A DNA stretch of 57,191 nt from Candidatus Omnitrophota bacterium. Lineage in GTDB: Bacteria; Omnitrophota; Gorgyraeia; 1-14-0-20-64-10. Within the stretch, counting starts at the first letter, position 1. Each line of letters opens with the position of its first letter. Position numbers and translations under genes: made by a program. Positions 19,820 to 30,800 of this stretch are shown here, one piece after another. Location of the stretch: assembly GCA_023248155.1 (NCBI GenBank), contig JAHFFE010000002.1, positions 197,673 through 254,863 on the forward strand, in the 5' to 3' direction. The notes beneath the pieces are model-generated. The model worked only from the letters and a program-made list of their open reading frames with translations, was not told the origin of the DNA and searched no databases.

Positions 19820-20709
19820 GGAATCCACGGATGAAAAACCGGTTTTGGCGATTCAGCGCTGTTGCGATCGTTGGTTTTCTCTGTTTGTCCGCTGTTCCGG
19901 CGCGTGCGGTGAATCCTGGGGCGGCAGACGCCTCCGATTCGGAACGGTTGAGAATTCTTGAAGAAAATACCCGCCGTCATATGGAAGAAACGCAGAAAAC
20001 CCTCGATGAGTTCAAGAAATCGCAGGAACTTCATCGCAAAACGCAATCCTGGGTGGATCAGATTTTCGCGTTGATCAAAGAAAAAAAATATGCCGAAGCC
20101 CGCCGCATCGTCGATCAATGGGCCAAGGAAGACCCTTCCGATACGCAGCCGTCGCTGTTGCGCAAAACGCTGATGCGTCTTGATTCCGAACCCGATGAGC
20201 AAAAGCGCCAGCAAATTTTAATGGACTACATCAACGATACGCTTTCCGGAATGAACGACTCAGTAGAAAAAATAAATTCCAATTTAGACAAGATCAACGA
20301 GAAAACGGCCGATTTTCAGCCCAAGAATGCCAATGAAGAATTGGGGCTGGCCGTCGCGTCGGGAGATAAGCCGCTGGTCCGAAAATTGCTGGCTCAGGGC
20401 GCCGATCCGAACGCGAAAGACCGATGGGGCATGATTCCGATAGAAACGGCCGCGCGCAACGGAGATGCCGAGGTGCTGCGGTGGTTCATCGAGCGGAAAG
20501 CCGATGTCAACGCAAAAGGAATGATGGGACTTACGCCGTTGATCTCCGCTGTCAGTTCCGGTTCGGAAGAAAAGGTCCGGATTCTTCTAAAAGCCGGCGC
20601 CGATCCCAACGCGAAAACCGAGACCGGAGTTACGGCGCTGAAACGGGCGCAAACGCTGGGACAGAACGCCATCGTCGAACTGCTTAGAAACGCCGGCGCG
20701 ACGGAATAA
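19816..20709 (+). CDS. exported ankyrin-repeat protein
   Basis: Signal peptide FSAVAIVGFLCLSAVPARA, a helical region, then about 4 ankyrin repeats (e.g. GMIPIETAARNGDAEVLRWFIERKADVNAK, GLTPLISAVSSGSEEKVRILLKAGADPNAK). An ATGA overlap joins it to the ribD stop. Confidence 0.8.
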   Translation: MRNPRMKNRFWRFSAVAIVGFLCLSAVPARAVNPGAADASDSERLRILEENTRRHMEETQKTLDEFKKSQELHRKTQSWVDQIFALIKEKKYAEARRIVDQWAKEDPSDTQPSLLRKTLMRLDSEPDEQKRQQILMDYINDTLSGMNDSVEKINSNLDKINEKTADFQPKNANEELGLAVASGDKPLVRKLLAQGADPNAKDRWGMIPIETAARNGDAEVLRWFIERKADVNAKGMMGLTPLISAVSSGSEEKVRILLKAGADPNAKTETGVTALKRAQTLGQNAIVELLRNAGATE

Positions 20710-20719
20710 TCGCTTCATC

Positions 20720-21295
20720 ATGTTTACCGGAATTATCCAATCGCTCGGCCGGGTTTCCTCGGCGAATAAGGGGCGATTGATCCTCGAACGGCCCTCCGGT
20801 TTTTCCGCTCTTTTATCCGGTGAAAGTATTGCCGTCAACGGCGTTTGTCTGACGCTGGAACGGGCCGATTCCAAAAAACTCTTTTTCCGATTACTGCCCG
20901 AAACGCTGCGCGCCACCACGCTGGGCCGGCTGAAACCGGGGCAGCCGGTCCACCTGGAACGGGCGCTAAAACTGGGCGATCGTCTGGGCGGGCACTGGCT
21001 TTTGGGTCATGTCGACGCGCAGGTGAAGTTGAATGCCGTCCGCTCGGCCGGCAGTTCAAAATCATTGGAAATTTCTTTTCCCGAATCGCTGCGGCCGTTT
21101 TTAGTTGCGAAAGGGCCGGTCGCGCTCGACGGCGTCAGCTTGACCGTGGGCGATTCCGTCGGAAAAAACCGATTTTCGGTCCACTTGGTGGCGCACACGC
21201 TTAAATCAACACGGCTGGGATCCAGGCGGACCGGTGATTTTTTGAATCTTGAATTGGATCTGATCGTGAAATATTTGCATGGAATACTGGCTTGA
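20720..21295 (+). CDS. ribE: riboflavin synthase (alpha chain)
   Basis: MFTGIIQSLGRV N-terminus and two lumazine-binding repeats (GESIAVNGVCLT / GPVALDGVSLTV). Confidence 0.9.
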   Translation: MFTGIIQSLGRVSSANKGRLILERPSGFSALLSGESIAVNGVCLTLERADSKKLFFRLLPETLRATTLGRLKPGQPVHLERALKLGDRLGGHWLLGHVDAQVKLNAVRSAGSSKSLEISFPESLRPFLVAKGPVALDGVSLTVGDSVGKNRFSVHLVAHTLKSTRLGSRRTGDFLNLELDLIVKYLHGILA

Positions 21296-21792
21296 AGCGT
21301 CAGCGCCTGCCGCGTTCGTGGATTGGCCTGGTGGCGCTTTTACTGGCGTTGGCCGGGCTCTGGCCTTCGGTATCGAAGCCGCAGCCCGTCGAGACGCAGC
21401 AGGCAGTCGTGCGGCGCGTCTCCGATGGAGACACCGTGGTCTTGATCGATGGCCGCCGGGTGCGGTACATTGGAATTGATACGCCGGAGCTGCACCATCC
21501 GACCAAGCCGGTCCAGTATTACGCGCGCGAGGCCGCCGAGTTCAACCGGCAGCTGGTCGAAGGAAAACAGGTCCGTATCGAATATGATCTTGAACGGAAA
21601 GACAAATACGGCCGGACATTGGCTTACCTCTATTTGCCCGACGGCACATTCGTCAACGCCGAACTGGTCCGGCAGGGGTACGCGCACACGCTGACGATTC
21701 CGCCGAACGTGCGGCACGCGGACGAATTTACGCAATTGCAGAGAGAAGCGCGTACGGCGCGCCGCGGATTATGGAACAAACAACGACAATGA
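21292..21792 (+). CDS. exported thermonuclease (SNase-fold) family protein
   Basis: N-terminal hydrophobic leader. SNase motifs VSDGDTVVL...VRYIGIDTPE...KDKYGRTLAYLYL...VNAELVRQGYA. The TTG start overlaps the ribE stop. Confidence 0.85.
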   Translation: MKRQRLPRSWIGLVALLLALAGLWPSVSKPQPVETQQAVVRRVSDGDTVVLIDGRRVRYIGIDTPELHHPTKPVQYYAREAAEFNRQLVEGKQVRIEYDLERKDKYGRTLAYLYLPDGTFVNAELVRQGYAHTLTIPPNVRHADEFTQLQREARTARRGLWNKQRQ

Positions 21793-23021
21793 ATAAAAAA
21801 ATTGCAGCGCTGATCATGGGGTATGGAATTCTCGCGGCCGGGCTGACCGGGTGCGTGAAGCGCGTCATTTTAATCGACTCCAAGCCGCCCGGCGCCGGCG
21901 TCTGGATCAATGAGCATTATGTCGGCAAGACGCCGGTTTCGCACGAATTCATCACGCACGGCCGGTATAAATTCCGCCTGGAAAAAACCGGTTTTCGCGA
22001 ACTGACCGCGCGCGAAATGATTAAGGCGCCGGTTTACGAATGGATTCCGTTCGATTTCTTTTTTGAGAACCTGATTCCGACGAAACTTGAAGAGAAACAT
22101 GCATTCCAATACGCGCTGGTTCCTCAGCCGCCGGCAGAATTGCTGGAGCCTGACACCGGTAAAGATCCCGCTCCGTGGGTGGCGCAATTGTCCGACGCGC
22201 GGCCGGCACTCCGCCGTGAGGCGGCTGTCGCGCTGGCCCGTTTGCGTGCGCCCTCCAGCGTTCCGGCTCTTGAGAAATCGACGCACGATGCAGAATCTTC
22301 CGTCCGAATCGCGGCAGTGGCCGCTTATCGGGCCGTGGCCGGGCCCAAGGCCGCTCCCCGCTTAATCGAGATGCTCGCCGCCGATCCTGATGCCGAGGTA
22401 CGTTGGCAGGCCGCCGCGCAGCTGGAAGCGCTCAAAGAACGGTCCACCGTTCCCGCGTTAATCGCCGCGCTCAATGATCATTCCGGCTTGGTGAGGGTTG
22501 GGGCGGTGGAAGCGCTCACGGCCATCGGCGACCCGGCCGCCGTTGAACCGCTGATCAAAACGCTCGCGGACAAAGATACGTCAGTTCGCCGTTCCTCCAC
22601 GATGGGATTGGGAAAACTGGGCGACCGCAGGGCCGTTCCTGGTTTGAAAACAGTTTTATTCCGCCATGATTTTGAGACGCGCCGCCGCGCCGTTAAATCG
22701 CTGGCGCGGCTGAAAGATCCGTCCTGCACGATCGCGCTGGTGCGCACTTTCGCCGACTACGATCCGGAAGTCCGCCAGAATGCCACCGACGCGTTGATCG
22801 AGTTCGGCGACCGTTCCCAAGCGGTGCCTCTGCTGATTCGCTATCTCCGTTCATGGCAGCCGGTCACGCGTCAACATGCGGCGATTGTATTGGGCGCCAT
22901 GAAAGATCCGCGCGCGCTGGCGCCGCTGCGCCGGCAGGTGGTCCGCGAATCCAACGAGGCTACCCGCGTTGCGATGGCCGAAGCGATCCGCCAGATCGAC
23001 GCCTCAGCCCACTCAACCTAG
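21789..23021 (+). CDS. lipoprotein with a PEGA-like N-domain and HEAT (PBS-lyase-type) repeats
   Basis: Lipobox LTGC. PEGA-like segment IDSKPPGAGVWINEHYVGKTP. There are at least 6 repeats of the form D.D..VR..AA.AL. An ATGA overlap joins it to the nuclease stop. Confidence 0.7.
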   Translation: MNKKIAALIMGYGILAAGLTGCVKRVILIDSKPPGAGVWINEHYVGKTPVSHEFITHGRYKFRLEKTGFRELTAREMIKAPVYEWIPFDFFFENLIPTKLEEKHAFQYALVPQPPAELLEPDTGKDPAPWVAQLSDARPALRREAAVALARLRAPSSVPALEKSTHDAESSVRIAAVAAYRAVAGPKAAPRLIEMLAADPDAEVRWQAAAQLEALKERSTVPALIAALNDHSGLVRVGAVEALTAIGDPAAVEPLIKTLADKDTSVRRSSTMGLGKLGDRRAVPGLKTVLFRHDFETRRRAVKSLARLKDPSCTIALVRTFADYDPEVRQNATDALIEFGDRSQAVPLLIRYLRSWQPVTRQHAAIVLGAMKDPRALAPLRRQVVRESNEATRVAMAEAIRQIDASAHST

Positions 23022-23061
23022 ACCGTCTAAACGCTATCTGATACAATACGGGTTCTATCTT

Positions 23062-23139
23062 CGGGGCGTGGCTCAGTTTGGCTAGAGCGCTGCGTTCGGG
23101 ACGCAGAGGTCGGAGGTTCAAATCCTCCCGCCCCGACCA
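23062..23139 (+). tRNA. tRNA-Pro (anticodon CGG), CCA encoded
   Basis: Hand-folded cloverleaf. Acceptor stem is CGGGGCG/CGCCCCG. Anticodon arm is CTGCG-TTCGGGA-CGCAG. T-arm is GGAGG-TTCAAAT-CCTCC. Discriminator is A, followed by CCA. Confidence 0.9.
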
Positions 23140-23145
23140 TTTCAC

Positions 23146-23427
23146 TAGAACCGGTCTCATAAATTCCCGTGGCCGCGCTTAAGCAGAATGACGAGCCAGA
23201 CAAGGCGCGAGGAGGCCGGCGGTGCCGAAGGAGAGCACCGTCAACGACGAGCAACGCCGTATGGCGAAGTCAGTCTGTTAAGCCCGGAGGGTTTCGGCGG
23301 CAGGCCGCCGTCTCCGTCGGCGCTCTTCCTCGGCGGATTACTGTGAATACGCCGTCGTCATCGCTTCTTGGATCCGATGGCCTGGCGCTCGAAACGCGGC
23401 TTACGCGAATTTATGAGACCGGTTCTA
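23146..23427 (+). repeat. structured repeat family A, copy 2 (282 nt)
   Basis: Begins 7 nt after tRNA-Pro and ends 16 nt before the sodC ATG. Termini AGAACCGGTCTCATAAATT / AATTTATGAGACCGGTTCT are again a perfect 19-bp inverted repeat. Confidence 0.9.
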
Positions 23428-23443
23428 ATCGGAGGGTCTTTCC

Positions 23444-23971
23444 ATGAAAAAAACGGCGTTCATTCTGGCACTCCTCGTGGCGTTCTCCGTTGGAACTGCA
23501 TCTGCCGCTCAAACGCGTATCAAGCCGGCCAAAGCCGTTTTAATCAACGCGCAGGGCGAGCCGGTCGGCTGGGCCACGCTGACGGAAGTTCCGGGCCGCG
23601 GCGTGCGCGTTCAACTGAAGGTGTCGAACCTTTCCTCCGGACGCCACGCGTTCCATATTCATGATGTCGGCAAGGCCGATGCCCCCGATTTCAAATCGGC
23701 CGGCGGACATTTCAATCCGCAGCACAAACAGCATGGACATAAGAACCCGGCCGGAGCGCATGCCGGAGATTTGCCGAACCTTTTAGTCGGTAAAGATGGA
23801 AAAGGCCGCGCCGATATCGTCGTTTCCGGCGTAACGCTGGGCGAAGGGGAAAACTCGCTGTTTCATGCGGGCGGGACCTCGTTGGTGGTTCATGCATCCG
23901 AAGACGATCAGAGAACCGATCCGTCTGGAAATGCCGGAGCCCGTGTCGCCTGCGGAGTAATTGAACGGTAG
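23444..23971 (+). CDS. sodC: periplasmic Cu/Zn superoxide dismutase
   Basis: Signal peptide, then metal-ligand contexts FHIHDVG, GGHFNPQHKQHGH, GDLPNL and LVVHASEDD, ending in ARVACGVI. Confidence 0.9.
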   Translation: MKKTAFILALLVAFSVGTASAAQTRIKPAKAVLINAQGEPVGWATLTEVPGRGVRVQLKVSNLSSGRHAFHIHDVGKADAPDFKSAGGHFNPQHKQHGHKNPAGAHAGDLPNLLVGKDGKGRADIVVSGVTLGEGENSLFHAGGTSLVVHASEDDQRTDPSGNAGARVACGVIER

Positions 23972-23973
23972 GC

Positions 23974-26288
<2,315 letters not shown>

Positions 26289-26819
26289 ATGAGAAATGCC
26301 ACCCGTCGTGTTTTTTCCTCTCTTTTAATTGGCTGGCTTCTTTTTGGGATGGTGGGATGCGGTCCGCAGTGGAAAAAGAAATTTGTCCGCAAGCGGGCCA
26401 AGGAAGCCCCGATTGCCCAGCCGATCCTGGAACTGCAGCCCGACATGAAAGCAGTCCTTCCGGCGGCCGATCGTTATCGCGAACATTACGCGTTCTGGAA
26501 AAGCTGGCATTCGGAGTTGCTGCTCTCGCTGGGGCAGATTCAGAAGCGCGACCAGCGCTACCTGGCCGGCTCCCTCAATGAACTGCGCGCGATGCAGGCG
26601 CTGTTAACCGGGGAACCTTCCGATAAGATGAAGATCATTCTGTTGGAGATGTCGGAAATCCAGCAGCAGTTTACAAACGCATCGCCGGCCTGGCATCCAT
26701 CCTCGTCGATCCGCACGCAGCTGGAACGGATCGAGCGCCAGGTCAACCGCGAATTTCAATATTCCAAAGTGAAAAAATCGCTGGTGGCTGACCCTGCCCA
26801 GGATAGTGAAGCCCGCTAA
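26289..26819 (+). CDS. hypothetical lipoprotein
   Basis: Lipobox LFGMVGC. The rest looks helical and I recognise no family. Confidence 0.5.
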   Translation: MRNATRRVFSSLLIGWLLFGMVGCGPQWKKKFVRKRAKEAPIAQPILELQPDMKAVLPAADRYREHYAFWKSWHSELLLSLGQIQKRDQRYLAGSLNELRAMQALLTGEPSDKMKIILLEMSEIQQQFTNASPAWHPSSSIRTQLERIERQVNREFQYSKVKKSLVADPAQDSEAR

Positions 26820-27729
26820 AAAGAAACCGGCAGAACTTTCCGATCTTTGGAAAGATCGGATCCAGCAGACGATGGATTTTCTGCTGTTGGAGCGGGGCCT
26901 CTCCACCAACACCATTTCCGCCTACCGCCGCGATTTAAAACAGTTCGCGCTCGCGGTCAAAAGCAAGGAACCTTCCGGCATTTCCCGCGCGGAGATTGTC
27001 GACCATTTGATGGAATTGCGCGACGGCGGCATGACCGCATCTTCGGTGGCGCGCAAACTGGTGGCGATTAAAGTGTTTTTCCGGTTTTTACTCTCGCAGA
27101 ATATTTTGCGCGAAGATCCGTCCGGCGCTATTGAGTCGCCGCGGTTAATGAAAGGCCTGCCCGATGTGCTCGACGTGGAAGAGGTCGCCCGTTTGCTGCA
27201 TGCCGCCGATGCCCGCGACGGGAAAAAAGCGCTGCGCGACCGCGCGATGCTGGAACTGATTTACGCGTCCGGACTGCGTGTTTCCGAGGCGGCAAACTTA
27301 AAAATCAGCGATTTAAACCGCGAGGCCGGATTTTTACGCTGTCTGGGCAAGGGCGGGAAGGAGCGGGTGGTTCCGGTCGGCCGCCACGCCCTCGACTGGA
27401 TCGAAAAATACCTCTCGAATGGCCGTGAATCGTTCAAGCCGAAAGCAGAGACCAAGCAATTGTTCGTTAACCGGTTCGGCCGGCCGATTTCGCGGCAGGC
27501 GATCTGGATGATGATCAAATATTACGCGAAAACGGCCCGCATTCGCAAAGAAGTCAAGCCGCATACGCTGCGGCACTCATTCGCCACCCATTTGTTGGAA
27601 GCCGGCGCCGATTTGCGCGTCGTGCAGGAGCTGCTGGGCCATGCCTCAATTGCCACAACGCAGATCTATACGCATGTCGACCGCGCCCGTCTCAAATCGA
27701 TCCATTCCCAGTTCCACCCCCGCGCCTAA
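26806..27729 (+). CDS. xerD: tyrosine recombinase XerD/XerC
   Basis: N-terminal SAM-like domain (LSTNTISAYRRDLKQF). Catalytic contexts GLRVSE, HTLRHSFATHLL and LLGHASIATTQIYTHV. Confidence 0.85.
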   Translation: MKPAKKKPAELSDLWKDRIQQTMDFLLLERGLSTNTISAYRRDLKQFALAVKSKEPSGISRAEIVDHLMELRDGGMTASSVARKLVAIKVFFRFLLSQNILREDPSGAIESPRLMKGLPDVLDVEEVARLLHAADARDGKKALRDRAMLELIYASGLRVSEAANLKISDLNREAGFLRCLGKGGKERVVPVGRHALDWIEKYLSNGRESFKPKAETKQLFVNRFGRPISRQAIWMMIKYYAKTARIRKEVKPHTLRHSFATHLLEAGADLRVVQELLGHASIATTQIYTHVDRARLKSIHSQFHPRA

Positions 27730-27746
27730 AACCGTTCGATATTTTC

Positions 27747-27776
27747 TTGGCATTTTTGCCCTTAATAATGTATAAT
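27747..27776 (+). promoter_or_regulatory. putative sigma70-type promoter of the giant-protein operon
   Basis: TTGGCA (27747-27752), an 18-nt spacer, then TATAAT (27771-27776) inside the AT-rich 135-nt xerD-27865 spacer. GGAAGG lies about 9 nt upstream of the TTG start. Confidence 0.4.
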
Positions 27777-27864
27777 TACTTTACATAAGTTAAGATATTC
27801 TTTACAAAAACAGGATAACCCGATCGACACCAAATACCTGACAAAAACTGGAAGGTTTATTTTT

Positions 27865-30800
27865 TTGTACCGCTTTTTTGCGGGCTTAATAATCCTTTCG
27901 CTAATCCTGCCGCCGCAGTCTGCCTGGGCTCTCCGCGCGGTCTCTGCGAAAGAATCGGCCGGCCTGAAACAGCTCGCCTCCGGATTGGAGGAGAGGATTG
28001 GTTCTCCGGATTCCGACGCTACTGATGCCGAGTTGCTTCGTCAGCTGGATAGTCATCCTCAAACGGATTCCGCCGGACATCCTTACATGAAGACCCTCAC
28101 AGATTTCCATTCGGCTGTGGCGGAACCGCTGTTGAAAAGAAACTCAGGTTTAACAGATTTAGACCGGGACCGCCTGATAAAAACGGTTCTGCCGGGGTTC
28201 AGAGGAGAGATCCGGTTGTTTGATTTAAGTTTTCTGGTGGTTCCCGTCCGCCTGAACACCGATGGATCGATTGACATCGCGCGCCAGGTTCTTGAGCAGG
28301 CGCCGGCCGATCTGTTAATCAATCTGTTTACAAGCTACGACACGGCGGCGCTTCTGCGCTGGGCGGAAATAAACTTGAAGCAAGTGACGCCGTCACCGGC
28401 CATCGGCCGTTTGGAGCGGTTTGTCGCCGGAGGCGCCGATCGCCAAGCAAAGAAAAAAAAGACAAGCCGTCCTTCGGAACCAAAATCCCGGCCGGCGGAT
28501 ACGCTTCCCGCGGCGGAGCAGTTGACTACGGATCTTTTCCTGGGAGATGGGGTAGATTTGGCGGATACGCTTTCCTCCGCCACGCTGGAACTCGGTTTGC
28601 AAGCGCTGCTAAGAGATTCTGATTTGCCGGAACCGCCGCCCGCCGCGGCGGCCGAGCCGGCGTTGCCGCCGCCGGTACCCGGGACGGTGATCAGTTCCTC
28701 TGGACAATTAAAAACGGAAATGGCGCGCCGCGTCCGGGATCTCCATGCCGGAATAATCCCGGACAATATGGTGGTAATGACCGGCAACGGTTTCGACCAG
28801 GACCAGATCAAAATCTCTGTTGGCGCTTTGCCGGGCGCGCCTATTCAGACCGAGGTATTGATTCTTCCGGGACTTTCTCAGCCGGGCGTGTTCCTGCCCG
28901 ACCCTAGAACCGGTTCCGCTTCATCCCTCCCATACCGGATTGTCTGGGATCCGAAGCCTGTTCTGGAGGCATTGAGAAAGAACGTTGTTTTAGAGGAAAT
29001 GAGGGGAATGATGCGGGGGGATATTCAGAGAGCGCAGGACAGCATGCCCTGGCTGAATCGGCTTCTCGATACCGCCGAGCGGCTGTTGGCCGATCAGGGT
29101 GAAGAAGCCCGGATTCAGAACGCCAGAGCGGCTCAGCCGAAGATCGATCAACTGCTGAAAGTTGTTTCGGAAAAAGAAGAGGAGTTTTATCGGCTCTACG
29201 GCCGGTTATCGAGCGTGCTGATCGAGCTGAAAGAACAGGCCGATGAAAATGGCGAAATCCCAAGTGAGTTGGCCCAGGCCCGTTTACAGGAGTTGGCCAC
29301 GCTGTTTTCGGCTTACCCGCGGGCCGAGTACGGCATTCTGGATATTGTCCGGACACTGCCGCAGCAAGATGCCGTATCGCTCCGCGATATTGAAAATGCG
29401 CTGTCGGGCACGAAGGTATTTCTTCAGCGGAATCATAAACAGGAGATTTCCGGCCAGCTTCCCGCCGAAATCATCCTGAATTTTTACCACGACGCGAAAC
29501 GGATTGCGAACAGGCGTTATCTTCAGCAATTGAAACTCCGTTTTCAAGCCGCCGGCGAGGACCCCTCCGACTCCGACCGGGAAGCTGTTTCTCAATTCGC
29601 GTTGGCGGTTTTGTCGGAGGAGACCGGCCATCTGATTTCTAATTGGATATCGAGCAGCCAGGATCGCGCAGGATCGCCGGCCCACCCTCTGCCGGTTTCC
29701 GTGCTGGGCGTGGGGTTTCTCAACGCTCAAAACCAGATGCGATTTATTCCGGGCGGGTTAGTGGAGTACGACATTCCGGCGCAAAGAGAGTTCCATTGGT
29801 CGGCGGACCGGGTTCTTCCCTCCTATCAGGCCGGCGACCGGATCGTGCTGATGCTTCCTTCGCATACCGGCGGGCTGACCCAGAATCAGTTCCACGCGTT
29901 CTTTGAGGGTTGGTTTTACCTGATGAACGAGAATCCGGAGATTCCCGAAATTCTGCTGGCGATCGCCGAAGAAGACGGATCGATCCGTTTGTTACGGCCG
30001 CGCATTCCCGAGCGAGGCAAAGAGGCCTGGGCCACCTTGGCCCGTATTTCAAATGAAATCAACGCCTGTTATCAAACTTCCGCGGAATGGATCAGCCGGA
30101 TGAAAAGTTCCGGATCGAATGCCTGGCTGGTTAACAACATGCGCGCGGCCGGCTCTCTTTTGTCGGTTGCCCAGAAGGCGCAGTCAAGCGATATGTCCGG
30201 AAGAGAATGGTGGATTCGCCGGTTCCGGGTCTCGGAACTCTTTCTCGCTGAGGTTTCTTCTCTTTTTGGGCCGGATGCCGCAGAGGCCGTCAGGGAACAG
30301 TGGAAGGCCGATCCTCGGCACGCAAAAACATTAGAAGATTTGCGTGACCGGCTTAACCTTCCGGATATCGAACAGAAAAGGCCCAGAGAAGTTGCCGCGA
30401 TTCGCCAGCGGGTCAGTTACATCGGCCGAACACCGGAAGATCTCGGTTATGTTTTCGCACCGTTGATTGATTTGGCGGTGGCCGTTGTTGAGGAACGGCA
30501 GGGGGTCGACCTGTTGAACACCCCCTGGATGTTTGAAGAGGTTCCGCTGTTTCCGAATGAGCCGAAACCGGAACAAAAGAAAAAAGATTGGTTTGCCGAA
30601 ACCTGGGCTCTATGGAAGAAAGAAGACCGGTTTCGAAAAAATCCAAGATTTGGCAAGGCAGAAGATGCCGAGCCATTTGCCCGAACCTGGGTGGCGGAGC
30701 GGGTCGCCAAAGCGGTTGATGGGAAAGATCCTGAATTTAAATGGATCGATTTTTCCAAAGCGCTGGAAGCCCACCGGAAGCAGGAGGCCCGGCGCCGGGA

